Of a stretch of DNA of 64,000 nt, positions 35,030-48,789 are shown piece after piece. The notes beneath the pieces are model-generated. The model saw nothing but the letters and a program-made list of their open reading frames with translations. It was not told where the DNA came from and did no database searches. The translations under genes and the position numbers were made by a program. Source of the DNA: Paraspadella gotoi (taxonomy: Eukaryota > Animalia > Chaetognatha); the NCBI GenBank assembly GCA_051294375.1, contig CM119264.1, positions 6,139,110 through 6,203,109 of the forward strand, read 5' to 3'. Numbering within the stretch: the first letter of the stretch is position 1; each line of letters begins with the position of its first letter.

Positions 35030-35060
35030 CTCTTTTTCTGTTTTTCTGTTTTTCTGTTTG

Positions 35061-35114
<54 letters not shown>

Positions 35115-36176
35115 CTCTCACTCTCTCTCTCTCTATCTCTCTTTTTCCTCCCTATTTTTCTCCTTTTCTTTTTTTTCACATTTTTTCTCTCCATCCCTTC
35201 CTCCCACATCTTTGTTCGTTAACTCTCATTCAATCCTCTTCTTTTTTGGCCTTTCCATATTTTTCCCCCATATTTGCTGGGTTGATCCAACACAGAAGCA
35301 CAGAAGCCTTTGCGTCAGAGACAGTGACAGTAACCGGGTCGCTGTGCCAGTGTGCCCCACAGTGATAAAAATCATAAGGAGTGTGTCAACGGCTGCCTAA
35401 AAGTTTGATCTTTCCGAGTTGTTTTTGTCAACATTGGACAAAGAAATATTTTTTTTTCTTTTCTTTTCTTTTTTCTTTTTCAATTTCGCTTCTTTCTCTG
35501 TGATTTTCTTTTCTCGAATACGAGGTTTTACAGAATAAGAGATTAGGAAGGAGATTTTAAACACAACTTATCTTATATACATATATATATTAATGGGAAT
35601 TAAAGATACAGCCTAATTTTTAAAAATATTCCAGGACAGAAAGAGAAGCGCGATAGCAAATTAATAAATCGTTGGTCCGTCCGTGCGTCCGTTGGCTTGT
35701 CAGTACGCCAGGTCATCATTCATTCGTTCGTCCATCCTTTCGTTAATCCGTCCATCCGTCCATCCGTCAAGCTCGTTTGTCCGACACATAAAAAATTGTT
35801 TACGTTTACGTTTATCTTTACACCACCGCGGAATTCAAAGCGACGTTTTAAGGAAAACTAAAAGTAACCAAAAATCGATGCTGTTTTGTTTACGTCGCGC
35901 GAGACTTCGCCTTATCGTCACGTGACCTGCGTTATTGGCGTCTTCCCAGGAGGCGAGTCTTTTGTTCGAGTGGCATAGCGGGAGAAATAAGAGAGAGAGA
36001 AAGGGAGAGAGCGAGAGAGCGAGAGGAAAAAAAAGGGAGAGGAGACAGAGAGAAATAGGAGGGGTCACTTTATAGGGTCATTTCTGTCAGACCGTGAAGG
36101 AGTGAGGGATGGGTGTGGCTTTCGTGTTATAACTATGAAAGGACACGAATGAAAAGAGATACATAGAATGGGACCA

Positions 36177-36279
<103 letters not shown>

Positions 36280-37869
36280 TCTGTCTGACGAGTAATAAAA
36301 ATATTAATTGTTCGTTAAATGATGACTACTTTTTATGAATTAAAGCGAAATTGATAGACGCCAGACGCCACAATATAAATCGTGGAAAGTGTAACGAGCA
36401 ATTTTCGGAATCGACGACCCAGAATTTCGAATTTCGACCCGAAACGATAAACAAAAAGACAACCAGATGTCGCGCGCTTCGCTTCTTTTTTTAGTTTTTC
36501 ATGTCTTTCGAGTTTGAGTAGGGCGAACGCGATCCTCGTGCCAAACAAAAGGCCTTCGAAATTTGAGAAAAAAACAAGATTGAGCGAGGGCCAAAAAAAT
36601 AATGTATTTTTTTTTTAAAGGAAGATAAACAAAAAACTTCTCGCACGTTGCTTATTCTTAGGCGTCTGCATTACAAAAAGAGAAGAAAAAATTTAAAGGA
36701 AAAGAAATTCGATTTCTCTCAGAATTGTTCCTCGTTTTGTCCTCGATGTCTCTTCCGAATTCCCGCCAAAAGATCACAAAAGTTCGCGAGAGATAAACGT
36801 TTCTTTAAAGTTTATTGGTTGTCATCTCTTCATTCGCGGATTCGCTGAAGAAAGGAAGAATTGTGGAAAGTGGGAAGAACGGAGTTGAGAAGCGGAAATT
36901 TAGAAGTGGAAAGTGGAAGTTGGAAACTGTGTCGCGGAAATTGAAAATTAGAGGAACAAAAGCGAAAAACCTAAAATAGCGAAAAATTAGGTAAAAAAAA
37001 AAATAAAATGGGGGGGGGGTTATGAAAAAAAGAATTAGAGAGAAAAGAAAAGAACACTAACAAGGGAAAAAACAGCGGTAATAGGTTAAATATAATTAAA
37101 ATTCTAGAAAATTATTTTTTAGAAATTAATTATGTAAAACCATCAAACTATATAAATGAACAATACTATTAAAAATAATGAATCAAAAGGAAGGAAAGAA
37201 CAGAGAAATGAAAGAAAAGAGGAAAAAAAATATTCATTGATATGATGATAGTCATTCATTAATGCGATGATAATCATTCATTAACACAATGAATCATTTA
37301 TCATAAATAAAACAAACAAATGCGTGTATGAATGAGAGAGAGAGAGAGAAAGAGAGAGAGAAGGAAAGCAAAAAAGAGAAATCCAACATCTGCAGAGCTG
37401 AACTCGTTTTTAAACGAATCAGAAGAGGCAGTGCCTGACCAAAGAAAGAAAAATATATAAATGTACGTGGTCGGTTGCATACAATTCCGCATTAAAAAAG
37501 GCAACAAAGTTTTATCAGTTTATGGATCAAAAGCCCAAAATTCTAGGGTTCCAGGTTCCTAAGACAAACAATTCAGGAATACTGACAGTTTCCTGGCTCT
37601 CATTAAAGCCGGGCTTGCTAATAAAAAAAATATTTTACTACGGTAATATTAGCCAAAAGTAACAGCAGAAGTCGAGGTCGTCAACCAACCGAAGTATTTC
37701 GCTCATCTCAGGCGAATAATACGTAGCATGCGTATTTAAACCTCTCATTGAAGGGTAATAATAACAGCATATACTGAGTCAGTTAGGCATAAATTTGGGG
37801 CCTTTAAAAAAACGTCAATGACAAATATTTAGTATTAATTTATTTTTAGTTTCTGCTATTCGTTCTGGC

Positions 37870-38045
37870 GCATTGGGTTAATATTATATCCAAATGAAGC
37901 GGATTTAAACAGTAAAGAAGGGCGTTCATTGGTAAGAAGAATCGACGAGATCCAATCAGAGAAGAGAAAAAACGACGCCAAATTAAACAGTAAATCGTAT
38001 TCATTGGTGGAAACGAGGTAAGTCGATGCGACGAGAGCCAATCAC
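37870..38045 (+). promoter_or_regulatory. Duplicated CCAAT-box module, putative promoter of the 38433 ORF
   Basis: Two copies of ttaaacagtaaa...ttcATTGGt...cgacgaga(t/g)CCAATca (about 37906-37958 and 37983-38044), plus a further ATTGG near 37872. Confidence 0.5.
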
Positions 38046-38432
38046 GAAGGAGGAGAAGGAAGAGGAAGAGCAAGACGAAGCCAACGAAGATTTCATTCAT
38101 ACGCTTTCGATTCAGAACCGTTAACTTTGCCAAGCTATTTTCTCGCTCTCAAGCCATTATTCGCCATTGCAATTTCACGGATTATTTCAATCCTAATTTT
38201 CTAATCAAACAAACAGAAGTCTACAATTTTCATTTCCAATAAATTAACACATTTCATTTTCATATAAATAAAGCTACACCTTTCATTTTCATTACTATTT
38301 GAATATTCCATTTAATCTCGAACACATTCCATTTTTAAAATTTCTACAAACAACTTTGCATTTTCTCAATTCGACATTTCAAATAATTAATAAATCTTTA
38401 ATAATTCATTCATAATTTATTATTCTTTCATA

Positions 38433-39362
38433 ATGGAGAGCACCACTTCAGTTCCCCTCACCTGGAGCCAGTACCCCCACGAGGTGCCCTCTTGGTTTGG
38501 GCACCATGCAGCATCCATCTCCCCTACATCCACCGCAAGTTCAGACACACAGAAGAGCTGCAACAAACGAGGTCTTGATTCATCTCCGGAATCTCCCGCT
38601 CAGAAGAAGCCTCGAGTCGCCGAGGCTTCTTCGCCCGACGCCACTCCCGCTCGCAACAAACTGGATGAGGAACTCGACGTTTTCTTTAGAGAATATGACG
38701 GCCTTAAAAGCGGCGAACACCAGCCGACGCCGGTCGCCCAGGCGGCGCCGCCTGTGAATGCCGCTTTCGTCGCCAACGCCGCTCCTCGAAACGATCTTGA
38801 CTCTTTACTCGACCGGTTCTTCGCTGAGGAAAACGTTATTCCGAGCGGCGCGAGCAGACCGGCGCCCGCCGCCGCCGCGCAGCCGCTACCAAACTCGTCG
38901 GGAGTCTACGACGTTATCCAAATGGCGGCTGTCGCCGCCAACATCCCGCCACAGCCGGAGGTGACGCCGGATCTGTTGCCTCAACCCGCGGCGCCCAGAT
39001 TCCCTGCGTCGCAAGCCTCGACGCCAAATACCCGAGTCCCGCAGGTTTTCGCGCAACCAGGGCTAAATTTCTTGATTTGCTGCCGCGGCGTCCCTCCGAT
39101 GCAAAAAGATCTGGGTGCGGTCTAGGCGCCGGTCGCAGATTTCGCCCACCAACTTTATCGTTCCGTAGACCACGTCCACGTAGATTCCAACAACCTCGGA
39201 TATTTTATGCTTAATGCATTTAAATTCCCACAAGGGTTCGTTCGTCTTCCGACGACGAAAGCTGAAGAGTTAAAGGTCAATCAATGTATCCGAGTCATCG
39301 AGAGGCGAGTGGCGGCGACTAAGGTTTGGCGACAGCAGCAAGTCCAGCAACAGCGTAGATGA
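38433..39362 (+). CDS. Intronless orphan ORF (230 aa to the TAG at 39123-39125; the same frame stays open 78 more codons to TGA at 39362); Pro/Ala/Ser-rich with a candidate bipartite NLS
   Basis: GC-rich island in AT-rich flanks with ataATGG start context. Contains KR...KKPRV and two similar acidic helices (LDEELDVFFRE, LDSLLDRFFAE). Confidence 0.6.
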
Positions 39363-39489
39363 ACTTTATCATTCGTCGTCAACCGTTGAGTCATAACCAT
39401 AACCCAAGCGCCATATCTCACCCGAGTTAGAAGAAACAGTCTCACAAGGTTAAACTAGCCCCTTTGTCTGTGAAACGATTATTATTTTG

Positions 39490-39710
39490 TTATGGCAACA
39501 GCCGGGTTGCCTGTGAGTTGGGGCATCTCACTGTTGGCTTCGGGGGCCTTCGACCCTCAGTGACGCCTCCAATCACTGGCGCGGATACCCTAGGACGCTC
39601 TCGCTTTGCCAACGCAGAGGGAAGTCGTTACGACTGTGGATGGAACACAACACCTGGGATGGTGTGTTCCCCCTCTGAGCCAATGGTATTGGCTGAACGA
39701 TCGTGGACGT
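39490..39710 (-). mobile_element. Structured retroposon-like fragment sharing its 3' tail with the SINE at 30925
   Basis: Shared + strand blocks ttatggcaac, gcctgtga, tggggc, gaccctcagtgac(c)gcctcc..tcactggc and ggataccc. On the - strand it ends in an AT-rich tail (taacaaaataataat). The 5' part differs and is hairpin-rich. Confidence 0.55.
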
Positions 39711-40917
39711 GAGGTGGTGTGAATTTTTGTGTGATTGCCATAATAAGTATTCGAATTTTAAATTTAAAAAAAAATTCATTCAATGAGAAATGGTACATAT
39801 TTTTGGGTGTCGCTCGCGAAGGGACACGGCTATTTTTCGAATACTTATATATATATACTTATAGCAATCACACAAAATCAGTAAAAATCTGAATCTTAAA
39901 AAAAAAAGAAAATCATTACATCTTAATTATCCATAAATTACTTAAAATTATTAAAATTCATTTACATCATTAGATGAAGCATTATTCGGGAATTCTTTTT
40001 TCAAGACAGTCAAGAACATGCTCAAGACAGTATTTTTTTCTAATTGGACGAAATGCACAAAGAAAACTTATGATTTACAAATAAAAAAATAAATAAAAAA
40101 TCATTTCTCAAACATTTCTAAACATTACTCTAATTCGGATACGCCATTAAGAAAAATTATAATTAAATTTTCAATAATTATAAGGAAATATAAAACAATA
40201 TAATGTCACAGATGTTAATCTATTTTTAAAAAAGATTATAGTTCCCAATAAAAATATAAAAGAAAAAATAACCATATTAAACTATTTTAAGTAATTTTAA
40301 TATTAATAATAATAACAATGTCAAAAACATTATCTAAAAAATTATTTAGCTTATTTAACTTTTTGATTTTACTTATTTTTGAACTTTTGTTAATTTTAAT
40401 TTTAACTTAAAATTAACCTACCCAATTATTTATCAACTTATTTAAATTATTTAAAAATTACAATCTACAAAATTACCAATTACAAATTATTTACAAAACC
40501 TCAATAAATTTCCCTAATATTAATAGTGCTGTGATACCAGGGCTTTGGTCTGTTTAACATTAACATAAAACTATATCTTTAAAAAATAGGATAAGCAACA
40601 ATGAAGGATCACCATTTGGTGAAGGCTCGCCAATACCTGGATAATGGAATTAAATAGCCGAAATCCATGAAGGGTATAGGTTCCCAACTGATGACCTTTT
40701 CATTGTATAAAAGATAAAAAAATATTCAAAAGAGTAATAATTAAAATATTGGATAAAGAAGAAGTAATATAATTTTCATTCAAGTATTTTAAAATTATGT
40801 TCATGACATAAAGGTGCCCTTTTATGTATGTATGTATCCCTATCAGAACATACAATTCTACATTGTAGTCTTATTCTTATCATCATCATCATCATCATCA
40901 AGATCTTTAAAAATCAC

Positions 40918-41306
40918 ATGTTTCATATTGATTCAAGTATTTTTTAGTTGAATTTCCACTTTATTATGATTTACTACAATATGCAAATAAAACTTAGTAT
41001 ACTTTATACTAATTTGAATTGCAGTAAGTACTATATTCTAATTTGTATATTGCAGTAAATCATAATGAAGTAGAAATTCAAACAAAAAATACTTGAATCA
41101 ATATGAAACAAAGAAAATGGACACATATTTCAACTGCCTCACTGCCTCACCAATGGAATGTTTCATATTGATTCAAGTATTTTTTGTATGAATTTTCTCT
41201 TCAATATGATTTACTGCAATATGCAATCGAAAGTAACTTGCATATTGCAGTAAATCATAATGAGAAAGAAATTCAAAAAAAAATATTTGAATCCATATAA
41301 AACATT
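40918..41306. mobile_element. Two adjacent palindromic MITE-like units (40918-41110 and 41157-41306)
   Basis: Each has ~65-70-bp inverted arms: tgtttcatattgattcaagtatttttt...atgatttact(a/g)caatatgcaa and its reverse complement. Confidence 0.75.
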
Positions 41307-41995
41307 ACAATTGCAAAGATCTTAAAGAAGAGAAGCAATATCTAAATTTTTAACTTACTATGATCGCACACTTTATTTAAAGAAAATATTGTAAGCCCCA
41401 GTCAAAACTATATAAGAAAAAAGTGTTACGCCGACGCAGACGACGATGACAAAGACGACGTCACAAATAGGCTAAATCGATCCAAAATCTCGCCAAGCCC
41501 GTCTGGCGAGATAAAAAAAGAAAGCAATAAACTATTATTAAGAAACTAATATCCATCGAAATATACATGTAAGCGAAAAATAATATGTTCCCTTAATCTC
41601 TTTTTTCTCTTCGCTTTATTGCGTCTCTTTAATCTTTTTCTCTCGCGCGAATTGGGGTCTTGGCTTATCTTATGCTTATTCCTCTTCTCTCCCTTTTTTT
41701 TACTTTCTTCTTCGTATTTTTATTATTTTTTCTTCTCATCCTCTCCATCTTTTATCTCGGTTACCATTTTTTAACTTTTGCTTCTTTTTTTTCTTCAATT
41801 TATTTTGTTATTCTCTTCACCTTCTCTTCCGCTGTTTTTTCTTTATCCTCTTCTCTTCTTTTTCTTTCCTTCCTCCCCCTCCTCTCCTCCTTAACCTTTC
41901 CTCTTCTCCCAAAAAAAGGAGCAGAAAGGAGATAAAAAGGAGGAGGAAAAGAAACTCGTGGACGCACTTCTTAATTCCTTGCGCACCTGATGCCG

Positions 41996-42115
<120 letters not shown>

Positions 42116-43784
42116 GGGATTTTCCACCCTTCTTAATTGACACACTCCGTTACGCACAAAACATTCTTCCTCGTAAGTTCACAGAAGGTTCTTTGTACGA
42201 CGAGTATCTTCCCAATTCAGCTCTGCAACTCCACCTACTACTCTTCGAAAACTCCATTTTTTTTAAATGCCTCACCAAAATCATTCAAGTTAATCGTCTC
42301 ACTTTTCCACCTGCGTTTACGACCTCACCTTCGGTCCTTCTTCCGGATTTTCCAAATCTAAATCCAAAATCCTAGACTTTTCTGACGGATTTATCGAAAG
42401 GACGACGTTGACACTGCTGGCCTACGCCGCAGGCCGACGCCGCAGGTCGACGCAGGACTGGTCCGAAAACAACCTTGATGACCGCATGACCAGAAAAGGG
42501 CTTGAGGATAAACATTAGAATAACTATAGGGTTTTCCGGGTGTGAATCGAGCGTTAAACTAGTGAGCTTAGGTTATGTAAATATATAAAGACATTGTCTA
42601 TCAAAGACGAATAAGAGAAACTTCGAAGAGTGACTATCACAATAGTGAGAGTACATAAATCGTAATTCCCACCGGAGTGTTGTGAGTGGTGAGTGGTGAA
42701 TGGTGAGTTGTGAAAGTGATCCTCGTTCGACCTCACCACCTGTTTGTCTTTCTCTGCCTCCGAATTCCTCGCCCCCGAAGGAATCTTTTTCTTTTTCTTT
42801 TTCTTTTTTTCCTTTTTTTTTTCACTCGTTTTTTTTTCTCGAGGAACAAAAAAAATATTGTTTTTCCTTCCATTTCCTTTCATTTCCTTTTAATTTTCCT
42901 TTTATTTCCTATTTTCATCTGAAAACTCCGGCTTCTCTTTTTCAGCGAAAAAAAAACAAAAAGATCAAGAAACAAATTAAACACATAATTTGTTTGTAAC
43001 GAGTAAACGACTCTGGGATGTAAACAAAGGGGAAAGGCGAGCCAATGATTAAGAATCGGCGCTGAAAATATTATAACTAATTTCTGGAATATTAATTTCT
43101 GGTAACTTTAAAAAAAAAAAAATTTCGTTGGTTGTAGGGAACGTCGATTATCTGAATTAAAGTCGCGTGTGAAATAATAGACTTTAATTTTAAGTGACTC
43201 ATTCAACTAAAACGTAAAATGTTTGCAATGATTAAGATTCCTCCATAACGAATCGGAAGTTTTGGCCCGAAATTCGGCGGGGATATTCGGCGGGGATATT
43301 CGGGCGGAATCCTCCTCCGGGTATTCGGACGCCGAAAACTCGGAATGACGACGTCACTAAATCACGAACTTGGGAAATTTATCGTTTGTCTCTTGTTTCG
43401 GTCTGGCGGCGGCGCTGGCGGCGATGGCGGCGATAGTAGCGACGATGGCGATAACGGCGCTGGCGGTGGCGTTGGTGGCGGCGAAAACGACGAGCGCTTC
43501 GCAATGGCGGCGGCTCCGAACTCTCTCTTTCACTTCCCTACGATTCCCATTCTTCTTTTCCCTAAAAGCCACTTGTCACTTTCTGGCCTTTTCTCTCTTA
43601 AACTTCATAGTCGTCCTCCTCCTCTTCCACGGCCTCTTCCTCCACCTCCCTCTTCCACGGCCTCTTCCTCCTCCTCCTCCTCTTCCTCCTCCTCCTCCTC
43701 GCCACCTTCGCCTCCCGGGGGAAACGTCAATGGCAAAGAGAGCTGCATTAAAAACGCCACCCTTTCTATCATTTTTCATGTCCT

Positions 43785-43835
<51 letters not shown>

Positions 43836-45192
43836 CTCTCTTCTCTCTTCTTTATTTTTAAAAATCAGATTTAGGTAGCTTGCAAAAAGTTGTCTGCACA
43901 AAGTATAATTCTTTTTTCAATATTTTGATCATAAGTGAGTGAAAAATATGAAAAACTATTAATAATCATCATCATCATTATATTTCGATCTTTTTATTAC
44001 TTTTTCTTAATTTTGACCAAGAAAACATTTTGTATGTTGTAGTTATATTTTTTATTTAACTTTTTATGCTCTATTAGAATCCATCAAAAAAGTTAAGATT
44101 GATTAAAAAAAAATTAATCCTTATATAGTAATATTGTAATTTGTATAACAACAATAAAAGCATTAAAATCGAACTTTTTGTAAAAAATATTTTTTACCTA
44201 AAAGTAAACTTCAAGACTAATGCTTTGAATCCCCGCCCCTATTGAATTAAATTTCATAGTAGATTTCTAATTCTACTCATGTTTTCTTCATTGTCATTCG
44301 CAATTGTTTCAAATGTTCTGAAATTATGCGAAGAAGAAAAATATATTTCTTATAATGTTTGTCCCGAATAGTATTCGTATTTTTATATCTTATTAATTTT
44401 TTTTTATACCATAAGTGTTTTTCAATACATCCAATCTTTATTGTCTCGTCTAATATTAAGATAATGAATAATAGTTAATTTTTTTACTATTGCTTTAAAT
44501 TCATAATTTGAATAAAGTTTTTTGGTATATTTACATATCACTATAATCAAATAATCACAATAAACACAAAAAACACAATAATCAAATATCTTTATCTCAT
44601 AGTCGATGCTCGTTTGTTTTCTAAAACTTTACTCCTGCGTCAGAGGGCGGTGTTTCTTTGCCTTTTCGTCGACAAGAGAGCAACGGATTAACCAGTAATT
44701 TGTTCAGGGCCAATGAAAATTAAATTTTTAAATTTTAATTCCTGTATTTCAGCTCTTAATATCATATTTTAGTGTTTGAAAATTTTTCAAAAGTTTTTTT
44801 TTATCGTTGCGAGATTGTAATGGATTCTACGTAGACCTCGAAACCTCGAAAAAAAATTTGAAGGATCCTACTTTTCCGTCTCTTCACGACAATGAAGGAC
44901 TTTTTGAAGATATTAACGAACAATCAACAATAATGATAAACAATGAAAAATTTTTTTACTGCAATAGTATACAATGTATATTCTACATGTATGCAACTTG
45001 AAAGATACTTATTTTAACCGGCATTCAAACGATATCTAATTTATATACTACTAGTCACAAAAGAATTCACGAGCACGTTAACACAAGACGTTAAAATTAA
45101 ACAGTTTGATAAAGAAAACAACCAAAAGAAAAAAAACCACACCCACACAAAAAACAAAAAAACAAAAAAAAAAAAACAAAGAGAAATAAAGA

Positions 45193-45468
45193 ATGAGGCC
45201 TTGGGATCGTTTGGGGCCGCGATCGGCGTCGCCGGCGAGATTCGCGCTTCTGCTCCTCGTCCCTCTGGCGGCCACGACGCAAACCCTCGTCGTCGCGAAT
45301 AAGACAAAAGAGCAACCGAGGTCGTTGCTGCAGCGCCTGCTGGCGTTGCCGTCGTCGTCGTCGGCAGCGATGAGCGCCGCCGTTCAGGCGCTGCTCGGTC
45401 TCGGCGTCTTTCTCAGTTTCATCCTGGCGATGATGTGCATCGACGCCTGCACGAGGGACAGAAAGAAG
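45193..45468 (+). CDS. Probable first coding exon of a small single-pass membrane protein
   Basis: 92 codons with a signal-like FALLLLVPLAA, a TM segment AAVQALLGLGVFLSFILAMMCI and basic RDRKK, ending at a phase-0 donor aag|gtgagg. Downstream exons not identified. Confidence 0.55.
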
Positions 45469-46763
45469 GTGAGGACGAAAGGGTGGGGTGAGGAAGGAGG
45501 TCAGTAATGTAAGGGTGGGGTGAGGAAGTTGGTAACTGGTCAGGTAAGGAAAAGAGGGAAGATGTGAACGTTGGGTCAGGAATGTCGAGATCAAAGGGAA
45601 AGGGAAAATGATAGAATCGCAGAATTAAATCGCAAATATAATGTCTAATAAATTTAATACAAAGTCTTCGAGATTAATAAAGTATAGAAAACAATTATAA
45701 ATTTAACCCCCCCCCCAAAAAAAAATAGAGACATGAAATACGGGACAAAAAAATTCGGCTGAATATCTAGAAAAAAAAGTTTTTAAAAAGCAGATTTAAT
45801 GATTTAATAAATTTCCAATGAACAACGCACATCGCTCTTAAACTCGTTATGTCATCGAGTCTGTTTTCCATTCGGGATTATTTTTTGGGTTACGAAGGGA
45901 GATTGTCTTTTTTTTTTCGTGGAGTTATGTTTTTTTTGTTTAGTTTTTTTTAGCTCGATACCCTTTGTTTTGTTTCTTCCCTTTGTTTCTTTATATCTGT
46001 TACAAGCAATTTTCCGCCTTCGACTCGCGGCGGTGCTTGGGAATTATGACCGAATTTGATGGAGTAGAAAATATGTTGCTTTATGCTTTCTGCTTTATGC
46101 TTCCGTTTATGCCCTTGAGCGCTGCAGAGGTCGATTATCCTTTTTTTTACGGTGCTTTATGATCTTTGATACACAAATACATGTACTCCCATACAAAGCT
46201 TGAAGTATTTTTTAACTAAGTAGATTTCAAAAACAAATTCGATTAAAATCATTGGGTTATTAGAGATTAAATCATATCGTTAATAAAGCATGGAATAAAA
46301 TTTAACGATGAAATGACATATTTATTAGTGACAGTGACAGGACGAGCAGGCATGAAGCATGGCGTTAGAATGAGAAAAATGTATCGTGACGCGACGAGCA
46401 GACACGAAGCATGGCGTTAGAAAAATGTATCGCGCCACTAAAATGCCGCGAGAAAAGGAATGACCAACGTTGAATGGCGGGTTAAGCTCGCAATGGCCTG
46501 GGAGAAAAATGGAGAACAACGATTGAAGAGAAAGATAAAAGGGAGAAACGCAATAAAATGTGGTAACGGGATTAAAGGGGAAAAATACGTGCAATATTGG
46601 TTTACAAATAAAAAATTAATATGGTTCAACGAAAAGCTATCGAAGGCATATAAATATATAATAGGTTTAGAAAGCTTTGAAATTCAATTTGATTAATCTT
46701 TTTTTTCTTCTTTGAAATGCGAGCTTTCTTTTCGGTGCGATTTGGAAAAAAAACTCCTTTTTT

Positions 46764-46858
<95 letters not shown>

Positions 46859-47273
46859 CTCTCACTTTCTCTCTCTTTCTCTCTCTCTCTATCTCTCTCT
46901 CTCTCTCTGTGACTCTCTCTTCAAATTCTTTTTTCTATTTTGATTAAATGTACATAGCAACGTTCAAGAAAGAAAAATATGATGTATTCTTGTCAAAAAT
47001 TCCAAAAAGGCAACATAGTACAAAGTAAAAAAAAAGTAAATAAGTGGAAAATCGAACATTCATAGGTTCTCCCGATTATTTATTAATATTTGCGCAAAGA
47101 GTTATATTCGGAATACAAATAGTCGTTTTTGTCCTCTCGCTCGCCCCTCGCGGGAGTTAGTGGAAACGAGTTTCTTTGTACTACATAAAAAAAAGAGGGG
47201 AAAGTTGCGGACTGAAGGTTCTCAATGGAAAAAGGATTTTTTGTGGAAAGTGGGCAGTGGGAGTATTGGGAGG

Positions 47274-47332
<59 letters not shown>

Positions 47333-47460
47333 AGGAGAAAGAAAACCATAATAGATAGCGAAATATACTGTAAAAACGTGTGTCTGGGAAAAATGGAAAA
47401 CTTGGGTTCTGAAGGCTAAAAAGATGAGTTTCTTGGTGATTTGCTTAAAAAAAAAAAAAA

Positions 47461-47955
47461 ACATTTGAAATTTAACGATATTTTGTCACTGTAAGACTAA
47501 GAGGATAAAAAAAAAAAAAAAAACAACATTTGAAATTTAACGATATTTTGTCACTGTAAGACTAAGAGGATAAAAAAAAAAAAAAAACAAACATTTGAAA
47601 TTTAACGATATTTTGTCACTGTAAGACTAAGAGGATAAAAAAAAAAAAAAAAACATTTGAAATCTAACGATATTTTGTCACTGTAAGACTAAGAGGATAA
47701 AAAAAAAAAAAAACAACCATTTGAAATCTAACGATATTTTGTCACTGTAAGACTAAGAGGATAAAAAAAAAAAAAAACAACATTTGAAATCTAACGATAT
47801 TTTGTCACTGTAAGACTAAGAGGATAAAAAAAAAAAAAAAAACATTTGAAATTTAACGATATCTTGTCACTGTAAGACTAAGAGGATAAAAAAAAAAAAA
47901 AAACATTTGAAATTTAACGATATCTTGTCAAGCTAGTAAGACTAAGAGGATAAAT
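47461..47955. repeat. Minisatellite, 8 units of ~62 bp (constant ~46 bp plus a variable poly-A run)
   Basis: acatttgaaatttaacgatattttgtcactgtaagactaagaggat-(A)n repeated head to tail. Confidence 0.95.
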
Positions 47956-48162
47956 TGTAAATGTTTTTGATAAGAATTCGGGACAATGACCTCGACTATG
48001 ACCTCGACTGTTACGGCGAAAAAAAAAAAGACCAAAGGGAAAATAACATAACAGAATTAATGAAAATAAATATAAGTTTTGAGTAACGAGGGATTTAATG
48101 CATATTTTGGAATCTTGATTGTTTTCGTCCTCGTCGCTAATGCTTTTCTATCCTGAGCCGTT

Positions 48163-48229
<67 letters not shown>

Positions 48230-48789
48230 GCAGCGCCAACTTCTTTATCATTATCGCCAACTTGATCGCTAATAGAGTCTCCATCTTTGTTTCCGTCGTC
48301 GTCGTCGTCGTCGTCGTCGTTTTCATCTTCACCGTCGTCCGAGGCTAGAGATTTCATTTTTTTCAATTCCCAGTAGAAGAGGAAATGAATTTGAAATTCG
48401 ATTCTTAGTGGATTTAATTTCATTGAGCTTAGACGATTTACATCAAAGTTTCAATTATAAAAATAGACAAAAATTGAACAATTTACGCCCGAAGGTTAAC
48501 AATCGTAAGAGACAACCATAAAAGAACTAAGCACCTCTCAAAAAAATCATGAAACATCCACGACAATGGAGGGAGAAAAAAAGCGTTGATATTAGTAATA
48601 AAACTGAAAAAAAACTAAAGAAAAGGAACGAAATATAAGGAAAGAGAACCAATAATAAAAAAAGAAGAAAACGGGGAAAAAAGGAAATCTGAGAAAGGAG
48701 AAAAGAATCAAAGAAAAAAAGAAAATAAAAGAAATGACAAGAAGACTGAAAAGATAAAAAATAGAAAAAAGAAAATAAGAAAAAGAAAG

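Noticed and set aside
47461-47955. CRISPR-like array
   Set aside because: The 'spacers' are only poly-A runs, there are no cas genes, and the context is eukaryotic.
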